From Octopus vulgaris (taxonomy: Eukaryota), in the NCBI GenBank assembly GCA_951406725.2, contig OX597818.1, positions 102,920,001 to 102,984,000 of the forward strand: a stretch of DNA of 64,000 bases. The letters run 5' to 3'. A program made the translations under genes and the position numbers. Below, in pieces: positions 14,218 to 25,704 of the stretch; position 1 is the first letter of the stretch; the number at the start of each line of letters is the position of its first letter. The notes under the pieces are model-generated. The model worked only from the letters and a program-made list of their open reading frames with translations, made no database searches and was not told the DNA's origin.

Positions 14218-15399
14218 GTATGTATATATGTATATATGTATATATATATGTGTGTATATATATATGTTTATGTATATATAAACATATATATATGCTTATA
14301 CATATATATGTAAACACACACTCATTGTCTTATGTATATGTGCGTGTATGTGTGTGCATAAAATTTGTCCAGTCTGTAAACCAGATAGAAAGATAATTAT
14401 GAATGTTCTATGAAGATTTTATTCACATGTATCGATTTTATATTTGTAACAACATGAATAACACATATCCATGCAAACATGCAGACATACATAAATCTGA
14501 GGTATAATCACAGATATTACATTCCCTCCAATATTTGAAAACTCAGTAATGGGGTACATGAAGCAAAAGTTCTACCAAGGACAGAATAATTCTATAGTAT
14601 TTAGTTTAGAAGACATACAGAGGTTTTATGGAAAAGATTACGAACAAACTGTTAGATACTTTAGAGCAATTCAGTTTCTTTTTGAATACTTTATAACAAA
14701 CAACAGAATTTGAGAACCATAAAAGTACCATGTCTGCTCATACTGGTAATTAAGCATAATATCAAAAGACTGTCTGAAACAAAATGTGTGCACTTGTTGT
14801 AGACGAAAAGACTATGAAAGAACAAGACGAGAACTCAACGATATTATACTTAAAGAAAATATCCATCTCACTTACACAAAATGGTATAGAAGGGTGAAAC
14901 GAATACCTGACGAACAACCTCGGGCTAAAAAGAGGAACACAAAACCAGGATAATATAAATTTTATAATGATAGTTGATCAGCGTAAACAGAATATTTTTA
15001 ACGTCGCAAAATCAAACTTAACGTTTACGAATTTAATAAACCGAAGGATATAATTTCAGATAGAACGCTACTTAGAACAACAGAAGAACTTGAAACAGTT
15101 GTCGACATAGGGAAAGCTTGATCTAAATAACTACAATAAAAAGCTGACAGTATCTAAGTGCGATGATGTATAAATGTTAATTCATATGTTTTTGTCATTA
15201 TAATAGCATAAAATCATATGAACTGAAAATATAAACTATAAAAAAAACCCCAGAGAACACACTATATTATAGTTCGAATTGGGAACAAATATATTGGGCA
15301 GGTCTGAAACACATTATTAGAGTGCATGGGAGTTCACCAACAACAAATTAGGGACCTTAATGTCTGATAGATAATAAGTCGTCATTACATGCTGTAATA

Positions 15400-16678
15400 T
15401 TGGGTTGTCCGGAAAGTTCATGCCGATTTTAAAGGAAAGAAAAAGGTCAATAAATACTTGCCATTACATTTTTAATCAACAAAATATGAACCATTTTGTT
15501 TCACAATGTGTCTCCATCTTTCCTTTAACTTGAAAATACCGTCTTATCAGAATTCAGGTGGTTTCATGGCATAGAATTCATCAAGGTATCTTTTTACGTC
15601 ATCCAAGGAATTGATATTTTTAACATTAAGACTATTCTGCAGAGACCCGAATAAGTCGAGATCCGAAGGAGCAATATTTGGTGAATGTGGAGGGTGGGGT
15701 AACACATCCCAGCCGAGCTGTAGCAATTTTTGTCTGATTCCCAAAGAAACGTGCGATCTTTCATTATCATATTGGAAAACAACACTCTTCCTGTTGGCCA
15801 ATTCTGCAAGTTTGTCTTGAATTGCTGCCTTTTAACCCGTCCAGTTGTGTGCAGTATTTCTCAGAATTAATTGTCTGGTTACTTGGGAGAAGCTCATAGT
15901 ACAGAATTCCTTTCCAATCCCACCAGACACAAAGCAAAACTTTTTTAGGGTGAAGACGCGCTTTTGGGGTGGCTAAAGGTGGCTCATGTCGCTCAGGATT
16001 GCTTTCTATGAATATTTCGGTAGATAATCCATTTCTCATTACCTGTCACAATTTGCTTTAAAAAAAGGCGCGTTTCATTCCTTTTATAAAGCGAATCACA
16101 GATGGAAACGCGATTCAAAAGCTTCTTCTCACTCAACTCATCTGATACTCAAACGTCGTAGCGATTTGTGTGCCCAAGCTTTACCAGGTGTTCATAAACG
16201 ACGGATTTTGATAGGTTGAGGCTTTCTGCAAATTCTCGGGTTGTGCAATGTGGGCTATTCTCAATTAATGACTTGATTTGGTCATCATCTGTAGTGGATG
16301 GTCTGCCTGATCGCTCTTTATCAATAAGGCTACAATCTCCAGCTCGGAACCTTGCCAACCACTTCCGTACACATCTTTCCGATAAAGAAGCATCACCGTA
16401 AACTGCGCATATTTCTTTGGTTGCTTGTGAGACATTTTCCCCTTTACGGAAAAAGAAAAGCATCAAGTGCCGAAAATGAACTTTCTTATCTTCCATTTTA
16501 AAGGGTTACAGAATTAACACAGGTTATAGGAACATAAATCTTCTTCCATGAAAAGATAGCTTAAACTGTGCATTAAATGGCGGTGTAGTCAAATCCTGAT
16601 TTATGGACTCAACCATGTTCTAAAATAAGTCGATAGGTAAGCTACTATAAATCGGCACGAACTTTCCGGACAACCCAA
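15400..16678 (-). mobile_element. Full-length mariner (DD34D) transposon, mellifera-subfamily-like
   Basis: 30-bp TIRs ttgggttgtccggaaagttc(a/g)tgccgattt with one mismatch; TA TSDs at 15398-15399 and 16679-16680; 1279 bp. Confidence 0.95.
15472..16496 (-). pseudogene. Mariner transposase pseudogene
   Basis: ORF pieces MEDKKVHFRHLMLFFFRKG..RSGRP, LHPKKVLLCVWWDWKGILYYELL, YDNERSH and HPPHSPNIAPSD; several stops and frameshifts; ends NGSYFVD*. Confidence 0.93.
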
Positions 16679-17239
16679 TATTTTAAAATTTGATATATAC
16701 ATTTTATAAAATTTATGACTCAACTGAAGTAAAAATAAGAGGTCAAAATTAAAGAATTTTATTGAGAAGTTCAGAGTAGTGCTAAATGAGCAATGATATT
16801 AATTACAAATTGATTTGATTTGAAAATAACATTCACCCGAAAATTCTAGTAATACGAATTTATTTTATAGATTGTCTCACTTTAACTAGATAGTAACGCC
16901 ACGAAATTGTGGTAGTCTTCACCATAACAGTATCTATCTGAGGTTTGTTGTAAAAAAAAGCAAATACTTGTAAAAATATTCAGAAAATATAATGTGAAAT
17001 TCAGTCAATGTTGAATTTGGTTGATAATACATTATCTGTACCCAGTTTGGTTGTGCACATGCGCGTGCGTATACACAGATGTGTGCGTGTGCCTGTATCT
17101 ATGAATATATATATATATATATATATATATACGGATGTATGTAGGCCTATATACATACATACATACATATATATATGTATGTATACTAATTGATAGATAG
17201 ATTTGATTGTTATGTGGATAGAAATACATACATGCATGC

Positions 17240-17299
<60 letters not shown>

Positions 17300-17301
<2 letters not shown>

Positions 17302-17513
17302 CGCTCATTTCAGTATGTGACCTCGTGTGTATCGTTGGCGATTTTCTTTCTACGTCTTTCCTTCCTTGGATTTTCCTTTTTCTGTATTCCTGATGAAGAG
17401 CTCCGCTCGAAACTTTAAATCCTCCTTCTTTCTTTCCTTTCCTGAGCGTCCAATAATACTGTACTTGTTCCACGTCCTCGTGTTGTTGTGTTTTCTCTTT
17501 GTTCATGTTGGAT

Positions 17514-17520
<7 letters not shown>
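17300..17520 (+). mobile_element. Short (TA)n-embedded repeat with hammerhead-like core
   Basis: CTGATGA-a-gagc-tcc-gctc-GAAA at 17390-17412; related copies on minus at about 2930-3050 and 62362-62455. Confidence 0.6.
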
Positions 17521-17583
<63 letters not shown>

Positions 17584-17645
17584 CATACTTTGATATGTTG
17601 ATATGTTTCGGCCAGTATTGGCCCATGCCATGTCTAGCTCAATAG

Positions 17646-17711
<66 letters not shown>

Positions 17712-17780
17712 TTATTAATACTCGTGTGTGTACGCGCGATGTGTTGTATGTTTCGTGTTGTCTAGCTCAATAGCATCATC

Positions 17781-17820
<40 letters not shown>

Positions 17821-17875
17821 TTCATTGATACTCGTGTGTGTATGCGCGCTTCTGCTTGCGTCCTGTGTGTGGTGT

Positions 17876-17911
<36 letters not shown>

Positions 17912-17918
17912 CGCACGG

Positions 17919-18295
17919 TATCAGCCTTTCTGCACTTGTGCAAAGGCTGGACATCTGCAACAAAAACGGAATGGATACTCCAGGCGTTGGAAGACAAGTG
18001 CATCAGAGGTCAGTTCTGTCTCTTGTATACGGAGCACAAAACAAACGGCTGTGGTTGTGTATGTCCCTGTTGTAATTATTGATCAGATATTTTTCTGAAC
18101 TGAACATAATTCCGTACGCTCTGTTACTCTTTCCAGTCTGGTGGTCAGTTCCCGGAGTTCTGCTTTGCTGCCTTCCATTAGGTCGATATCGACCACAAAA
18201 CACAAGTTGCAAGAGGAAGGCTGGAAGTCACGTACTGTCTCGTCCATACTGTTGGAAGATGTTGAAAAGCAACGGCGCAAAGAGATAGCTTTGAC
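17919..18295. pseudogene. Rearranged RTE-clade LINE reverse transcriptase fragments
   Basis: Plus 17919-18053: LHLCKGWT..ILQALEDKCIR..YTEHKTN (cf. LYGCETWT..IQAFENKCLR..YTEHKTN). Minus 18070-18295: CNLCFVVDIDLMEGSKAELRELTTRLE (cf. NLRFADDIDLM). Confidence 0.8.
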
Positions 18296-18552
18296 GTACT
18301 TTAATTGCTATCCCGAAAGTGAACTCTGATGGTCATATTCAGGACCACCACGCTGTATAGGGATTGAAAAACTGGGATCAGTTTGTTGTCGAATGGAAAA
18401 TCCCTCATCGTTTTCTACAAAACCTCATACCAAATACAACCAAAAGCACGGACAGAATTAGTGAATCTACGGTAGTGGTCGAGTTTGTGTTAATGCTGTT
18501 TCTCTGTCAGCTAATTCAGCAATCCAATATCAGATATTTGCTTTCATGCATT

Positions 18553-18857
18553 CTTTTATTCTTTTACTTGTTTCAGTCATTTGACTGTGGCCATGCTGGA
18601 GCCTTGCCTTGAAGGGGTTTTTAGTCGAACAAATCGACTTCAAGACTTATTTTTCTTTAAGCTTGGTACTTATTCTACGAGTTTCTTTCGCCAAACCGCT
18701 AAGTTATACGACTCACTTCTTTTTATTTTCCGCCTTCCAAATCTACTCACATGGCTTTGGTCACCCCGAGGCTATAGTCGAACATACAAGCCCAAGGTGC
18801 CACACAGTGAGACTGAACTCGGTGGTTAGAAAGCAAGCTTCTTACCACACAGCCACA
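18553..18857 (-). mobile_element. Family B SINE, internally deleted
   Basis: Homology to the 19512 copy. Confidence 0.8.
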
Positions 18858-18939
18858 CATATTGCTGTTTGGTTTGAGTCCTGTCTGTTCTTTTAACGGG
18901 TGGAGAGCCGAACCATCCTGGGGTACAGAGGATTCACAA

Positions 18940-19199
18940 TCTAGACAAGGGTCTGAAAGTTTACCACACCATAGTGGGTTACACCATGGTTCCTCTGCTT
19001 TGTGGCAGAAGTAGGAAGAAAGAGTGAGAGAAATTTGTTGTGAATGAGTACAGTGGGGTTCACCACCCACCCCGCCGGAGCTGGGAAGCTTAGGTGTTTT
19101 TTGCTCAATAAACACTTACAATGCCCGGTCTGGGAATCGTAACCGCGTTCTTACGATCGCAAGTCCGCTGCCCTAACCACTGGGCCATTGCGCCTCCAC
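18940..19199 (-). mobile_element. Family D-related SINE
   Basis: Minus head gtggaggcgcaatggcccagtggttag; related copies at 33747-33895 (+) and 52325-52600 (-). Confidence 0.8.
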
Positions 19200-19511
19200 T
19201 TCAGCTGTCGTCGCCTATATATTCTCTTCTTCGGTGAGTTCTATATTCTGCGACCTTAATATCGGAGAAAGTTCAAAATATTAATATCATTATCATTTCT
19301 AAAAGTGAAAATCAATTATTCAATGTCCATGTCTTTATAGATGTTTTGTATTAATTAGTACTCTGGCCAGCTGCAATTCATTGAGTGGCTCCTTGAGATT
19401 GAAACATATAAGATGAAAATATTTGAAGATAGTTATATATTAATGACTCTATTTATAGGAAAGAAATACTTAGAATAATTGTTGCAAATCTCTTCCAACC
19501 ACCTAACTTAT

Positions 19512-19733
19512 ATACTCTTTTACTCTTTTACTCTTTTACTTGTTTCAGTCATTTGACTGCGGCCATGCTGGAGCACCGCATTTAATCGAGCAACTCGGAC
19601 CCAGGACTTATTCTTTTGTAAGCCCAGTACTTATTCTATCGGTCTCTTTTTGCCGAACCGCTAAGTAACGGGGACATAAACACACCAGCATCGGTTGTCA
19701 AGCAATGCTAGTAGGGCAAACACAGACACACAA

Positions 19734-19772
<39 letters not shown>

Positions 19773-19944
19773 CATATAGACGACGGGCTTCTTTCAGTTT
19801 CCGTCTACCAAATCCACTCACAAGGCTTTGGTCGGCCCGAGGCTATAGTAGAAGACACTTGCCCAAGGTGCTACGCAGTGGGACTGAACCCGGAACCATG
19901 TGGTTGGTAAACAAGCTACTTACCACACAGCCACTCCTACGCCT
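19512..19944 (-). mobile_element. Family B SINE, full length
   Basis: Box A tggctgtgtgg and box B ggttcagtccc on minus; (GAGTAAAA)n tail. Confidence 0.92.
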
Positions 19945-20511
19945 ATATTCTCATATTTATACTACCATAGCACTAAAGCTTAAATTTTTTGATTCAATGA
20001 ATATTTAAGCTAGAAGTAGGAACCGAATAACCCACACATCACAGTTTTATGTCTACTAAAAGCTGAAGCCACATTTCGTAATGTAGCTCCAGATATGTTA
20101 TAAGTGGGGAAAATGGATGAAATGGTTAGAGGTGGAATAGATTTGATGATATAAAGTTGGCATGGGAATAAACAAAAGCAGTGTTATTGAATTCACTTGC
20201 ATCATTGGCAATAATATAATTTGATTATAGACAGAACTTGCTTGAATTTTACTTAGGCCAAATGTCGAGTAAAAACAGATTTCGCCTTTTGACGCTTTGA
20301 CATAAAACAGAGAAATCAATTCACGCAAGAAGTACAAGACGCTTCTAAAATTATAATACAATATCAAAGGATAATCGGCCAACAATTAGAGGCTGTTATG
20401 TTTTTTATTGTACGGAGGAAAAATTATAACGCGTCCCTCTAAGAGAAAAAAAAATCCATTAGTGGTCACCTCAGTCCAGTTTTAGTTACCTGAAAACCTT
20501 TATCCAAGTAA

Positions 20512-20527
20512 TCTATAAAGCTGAAGT

Positions 20528-20566
<39 letters not shown>

Positions 20567-20928
20567 CAGGTTTGGTAGCCTTCGACTAACACTCTCTTCT
20601 CCGAGTCTCTGCGGCACAAGTTGACCAAAACTGAGAGTATGATAGAAGGGTTGCTCTTCATTCCGTAGAAGAAAAAAAATTCAAATCGGATCATGTTAAA
20701 ACCAAAAATTATTTACATAAAAAAGGTCCTTTTTTTTTCTATGAAAATCTCTATTTTTTACGATTTTTTTACTACTGTGGCACCATTTTCCGGTGTATTT
20801 CAACCAGAAAAATGTTCACTTAAAGAGAATAACAAGCTACATAATGCAAAATTTTTACTTTTCAAAAATTCCAAGTCTAAGGGGTCGAAAAGAAAACAAA
20901 TCCCAGCAACGCCGGGCTATACTTCTAG
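20512..20928 (+). mobile_element. Non-autonomous Helitron
   Basis: 5' A|TC start, subterminal hairpin cccagcaacgccggg, 3' CTAG; no TIR or TSD; homologous to 37103 and 53957. Confidence 0.85.
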
Positions 20929-20945
20929 CTGTATGATATTTTAAG

Positions 20946-21051
20946 AATATTTAATCCATAGTTTCTAGTCCGACAAATATATTCTGTATAGCCCTAGCCG
21001 TGGGCGAAACAGAATATATTTTGTCGAACTAACGATTATGGATTAAATATT
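20946..21051. repeat. About 50-bp-arm imperfect palindrome
   Basis: aatatttaatccata...attctgtatagccc / gggcgaaacagaat...tatggattaaatatt. Confidence 0.85.
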
Positions 21052-21559
21052 TTTATTTAACTTTCAGATTATCTTTGACTACTGTATTCTAAGTAGGTTT
21101 TTTTAAAAGTAGTCGCCCCTTGGAATAATGTTTATAATATTTTAGTTTCTTTTACTCATTAGAAATATACAAAAGTTTTATAGAACGAACAATATGGGAG
21201 AAATAACAGGGAAATACCCCATAAATCTGACTCTGCTTTAATGAAGAGCACATGAGATGGGTGGTTCAAGGTATACGTTGTTTGTAAATAAAATGAGAGG
21301 AACACAATTAAGATCAATTTTGTCCGTAGGTATCCTTGATCAGAGGTGTTCTTGGGTTAAAGAATAAAATTTTTTTTAAAAACCCTCTTCTTTCTAATAT
21401 TAGTTGGTATAAGACTACACAACACCATAAAATGTGAAGGAGGTTTAAGCAACAAAAACAAATAAGCAGAACTTTAAATTCAAACACAGATTAATTTTCT
21501 AAAAAAAAAGGAGACTTCCAAGGGCTGCTCCTGGAAACACCTCTAAACTACGGTCACCC

Positions 21560-23830
21560 TCACCTCGAGAGTAATTTCCCTCTCCCCATTCTTTCTTAAT
21601 CTAGAGCACATGCCCTGGGCAGGCCCTTTCATTCGGACCCATCCATGCCAATTTCATCCGCCTTTCAGCAAATTTGTCAGAAGGCAACACTTTCCTCTCC
21701 ATCCTCACTTACCTTTTCAAGTGAAACTGGAAACAGTTGGTAAGGGCCTGGCCAAAGACGAAACTATCTGCTTCAGACAATTAAAACTGGTTCGCTAATC
21801 AACTTCTTTCACAAAGGCTACCAGACAAATAAACAATATCTGTTCTTCTCCACCAGAGGAAGACGGCAGGACGATCTTTGCACTAGACTCGGATGACAGC
21901 CGGTTCCGTCTTATACACTACAGCAAGTGTCCCAATTAAGTCCAAGCAATGCTCAGGCACTACACAAGTGTATGCAAGAGAATTTCGCTAATTTTCACGC
22001 AACTCAAGCAGGCCCGGTTGACAGCATGTCCATGTGTGTAGAGTATATTTAGAACCGGAAATGCCTACCCTCCACCGGTAGCACTGCCATGTCAGAGATT
22101 TCTAGAAATTATCCGTGGACACCGGCCAGAAAATCTTCCGGTAGGAATGGTTAGTGGATATTTCTCGACGCCCAGACCCTCTCCAATTGCGTTGTAATTC
22201 TCGGGCCGCCACTCATCATCTATAGAACGCGAATGTATAATTTCACAAACCACCTTTCCTGACTGGCAGAGGGTTGTGTGCATCTGTCGCCACTCTAGAC
22301 GCCAAGCGCCCTATGCTTGAGTCAGAAATATTCAGCTCTGTCAAGAGACAAGCTGTGGAAAGTGAACCTGACAAACGGGAACCACATCTGCTCGTCGTCA
22401 AGGACACACGCAAAGCGTCACAGCCTCTGCACATCATCAACCACAGTATGCTCAAAACTCCCAAGCGGCAGGACAACAAAAGGGGCGCCTAATCAGTGGA
22501 ATAAGTCCCTTCCACAGAAAACTTAAGAACGGGTGATCCAGTCCGATCAGGAATGAAATGGGGTATGGTAAGTCGGCTAAACAAAAGACCCCGTCGGTCA
22601 TGAATGACTATAGTATTGCGCCTAGAAAGTTCCCCTCCGAGGCACAAGTTCAGTCAATATTGTTTATGGAAGACCATCGATGTTATCCGAGGGAAAGATA
22701 AAGGCCGATAAAACCTGGCACTAATGATGTCACGACTCACTTCTACAGCTGAGTGAACTGGGTCAAAGACAAATAAAGCTTGGTCTAGGAATCGAACTCA
22801 CTACCTCACGATTTTGCGCTCGACGCTCTAACCACTGAGCCATGCATCTACGTCAGCTAAGCGATAAGATACTACGAAAGTGCTGTGAGTGTTTACCATG
22901 TGTGCCTGATCTTTCAGGGATAGTTTTCTCTCGGTCCATTTTTAAATGAGATGGGTCGCCTCGCTCCTGACCTCATCCTAGTTGTTCTCTACTATACCAA
23001 AACAGACCCCCAAGCAATTCAACTGCTCCGTCTGTCCATTACCCTACGATGCAATTAGATGACAGACCTGCCTCTCCAGATGCAAAGCTGCAGACCTACA
23101 GACTTTTCTTAGTTGTCTTTTGCCTCTGCACTGCGCCGTTGTCCCTTATAATGGTATAGATAACTTCTACGTGAATGGAGTCCGACTCTATGACGGTGAC
23201 GTACTCCACATATGCTAATATGGCTCTTCGACATTCAAATTCACACAGGATGCCCTTCAGCGCCGCCAGCTTTATCAGTACATAAAGAGATGAGACAAAG
23301 AAGACAACATTGTCGGACCGAGCGCATGATTCTGAAAAGTTCCGATTGGTGAACATTTAACCGAATTACTAAGCAGATGTCATTGTACATTGTGGAAATC
23401 CAACTGTAGAAGACGGGTACAAAACTGACTGCAGTGAGAACAACTACCAAGTATGGGTGGTCGGCAATATCGAAAGAATTTGATTGGTCAAAATTGTCCT
23501 TTCCTAGTCACCCTCTCTATGAAGCAACGCACGAGGAGAAAGCTGTTGTGGATTGACTGTTTGAGATAGCGCATATTTGCGCATCATCTATAAGATTATC
23601 GATGGCATATGCCAACAACTTTCCCAAAACATTGACCAAATTTTGAAATCTGCATTTAACAAAGTTATGGGGCAAAAATTATCAGTAAAGCCCCACTTGT
23701 TTGGGTCCTTCCTCAGATGCTCAACCTACAGAACTAAGAACTATCCTGTTTTGTTGCCAGTCGCGGAAAACATCTGCCAAGCGGACTCCAAACACATCTT
23801 GCATATATATGTAAAGCTTGTAAAGCTGAC
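21560..23830 (-). pseudogene. Decayed L1/Tx1-clade LINE ORF2 (RT plus C-terminal Cys/His motif)
   Basis: Minus translation: LRKDPNK..DNFCPITLLNADFKI, SFDIADHPYL, WISTMYND..RSVRQ, LAYVEYVTV (YADD position), and ACLSC..EILLHTLV*C near 21950-22020; higher GC than flanks. Confidence 0.82.
22585..22852 (-). mobile_element. Family E SINE nested in the LINE
   Basis: Minus head gcatggctcagtggttagagcgtcg..gagttcgattcc; tail shared with 6225-6338 and 38170-38265. Confidence 0.82.
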
Positions 23831-24140
23831 CATTCTAACCATGCCATTTTCTCCCACCTCCCTGTGCAACCAGCCATCGCTTTTCTTATATATGCGGCTG
23901 TTAACGGGTTTTCATAATTTCTGCGCTTCTTTTGCCGTGTGTTTGCGACGGTCGGCCGAAATCTACCGAAAAGCCGTACACATCAGCTTGGGGTCGAGTA
24001 ATATGCAACCATTACGGTGTGTCAAAGCCTGCCAGAGAATTTATGCAGTTGTAAGGATACGCGGAGGAAATTAAACAGAATGTAGAGTCTGAAAGCAAGC
24101 AATGTTTATAATAAGTACTTTGAAAATGATTTTATAAATA

Positions 24141-25229
24141 AGAAGTGGGTTCAAAAAGTATTCGACTTTACTTTTTCTCTGCGGGAGCTAAATCCTTTAG
24201 ATGTGAAATGACTTCTGCGCATGCGTGGAAATTTTCGCTCCGGTAAGCAGCTTCAGTTCCCGGCTGCTACCCCTAGAGTATAGACGTGTAGTACTCGCTC
24301 GTCGGGTTTTCGTTTTCGCGCAAGATGACCGAACGCATCGAAAAAACACATTGCATCAAGTTTTGCCAAAAGGCTTGGTGATATTCATGCTCAAACCGTC
24401 TAGATGATATATCAGGACTTTGGCGATGGTGCGAGTATTTGCCATGTGTGTCTGATCTTTCAGTTATGGGGCAAAAATTATCAATATAGCCCCACTTGTT
24501 TGGGTCCTTTCTCAGAATTGCTACCAATGCTCAACCTACAGAATTTTATCGGCCTTTATCTTTCCCTCGGATAACATTGATGGCATACAGAGAGGAGACT
24601 GGTATGCATAGGCGACTGGTTAATAATAATGATGTATCAGAGTGATACATCTGGTTCAAACATGGTCACACATCAGGGGAGAGTGAGGTGCGCTCAGGGA
24701 GGCTATCTATAAGCCGAAAAGAAGTGGGATTAGCCATGTAAAAACCGTCGCATAACAATCCAGGAAATCGCTCACGAAGGTTCAGCAAATAGTCATAGAA
24801 GACCGTTGCATAACAATCCAGGAAATTGCCCACGAAGTGGGGATAAGCACAAGAACAGTACATACAGTTTTAACGGAGGATTTGTGCAAGTGGAGATTGT
24901 CGGCGAAAATCGTCCCCAAGGTGCTAGCGAGGCAACTGAAGCAACTCCGAATGTAAATCGCCCAGGGAATACTGGAATGTGCAAATCATAACTCAGGCCT
25001 CGAGACTTGGGTTTATGGTCATCTTGTGTGAAAATGAAAATCCGACAAGGGCGCACTACATGTCTGTACTCTAGGCGTAACAGCTGGGAACGGATGCAGC
25101 CTACTGGCGTGAGATTTTTCATGTATGCGCAAGAAGAGTGGTGTTACCTCTCACTCAAAGTGTTTTGCCCAAGTGGCATTAGTTTTGACGGGAAAAATGT
25201 CGTCGGATAGTTTTTTTGAACACACCTAT
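24141..25229 (+). mobile_element. Internally deleted mariner with about 200-bp terminal inverted repeats
   Basis: Arms 24141-24330 and 25017-25229 are diverged reverse complements; TA flanks. Transposase remnants MTERIE..CIKFCQ, WFKHGHTSGESEVRSGR, EDRCITIQEIAHEVGIS, LSAKIVPKVL, ETWVYG. Confidence 0.85.
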
Positions 25230-25290
25230 TATGAAGAAAAATACGTAAGTAATGAATATGCAAAACCTACAGACAATTCTAGTATTTGGC

Positions 25291-25501
25291 ACTCTTTTAC
25301 TTTTTTACTTGATTCAGTCATTTGACTGTGGCCATGCTGGAGCACCGCCTTTAGTCGAGCAAATCGACCCCAGGACTTATTTTTTGTAAGCCTAGTACTT
25401 ATTCTATCGGTCCCTTTTGCCGAACCGCTAAGTTACGGGGATGTAAACACACCAGCATCGGTTGTCAAGCGATGTTGGGGAGGACAAACACAGACACACA
25501 A

Positions 25502-25534
<33 letters not shown>

Positions 25535-25704
25535 CATATATACGACGGGCTTCTTTCAGTTTCTGTCTACCAAATCCACTCACAAATCTTTGGTCGGCCC
25601 GAGGCTATAGTAGAAAACAACTCGCCCAAGGTGCCACGCTGTGGGACTGAACCCGGAACCATGTGATTGGTAAGCAACCTATTTACCACACAGCCACTCC
25701 TACG
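25291..25704 (-). mobile_element. Family B SINE, full length
   Basis: Homology to the 19512 copy. Confidence 0.92.

Noticed and set aside
14480-15390. A-rich, coding-like stretch left of the mariner
   Set aside because: Possibly an old LINE, but no motif could be read with confidence.
23577-24074. 165-aa plus-strand ORF
   Set aside because: Antisense to the decayed L1/Tx1 RT.
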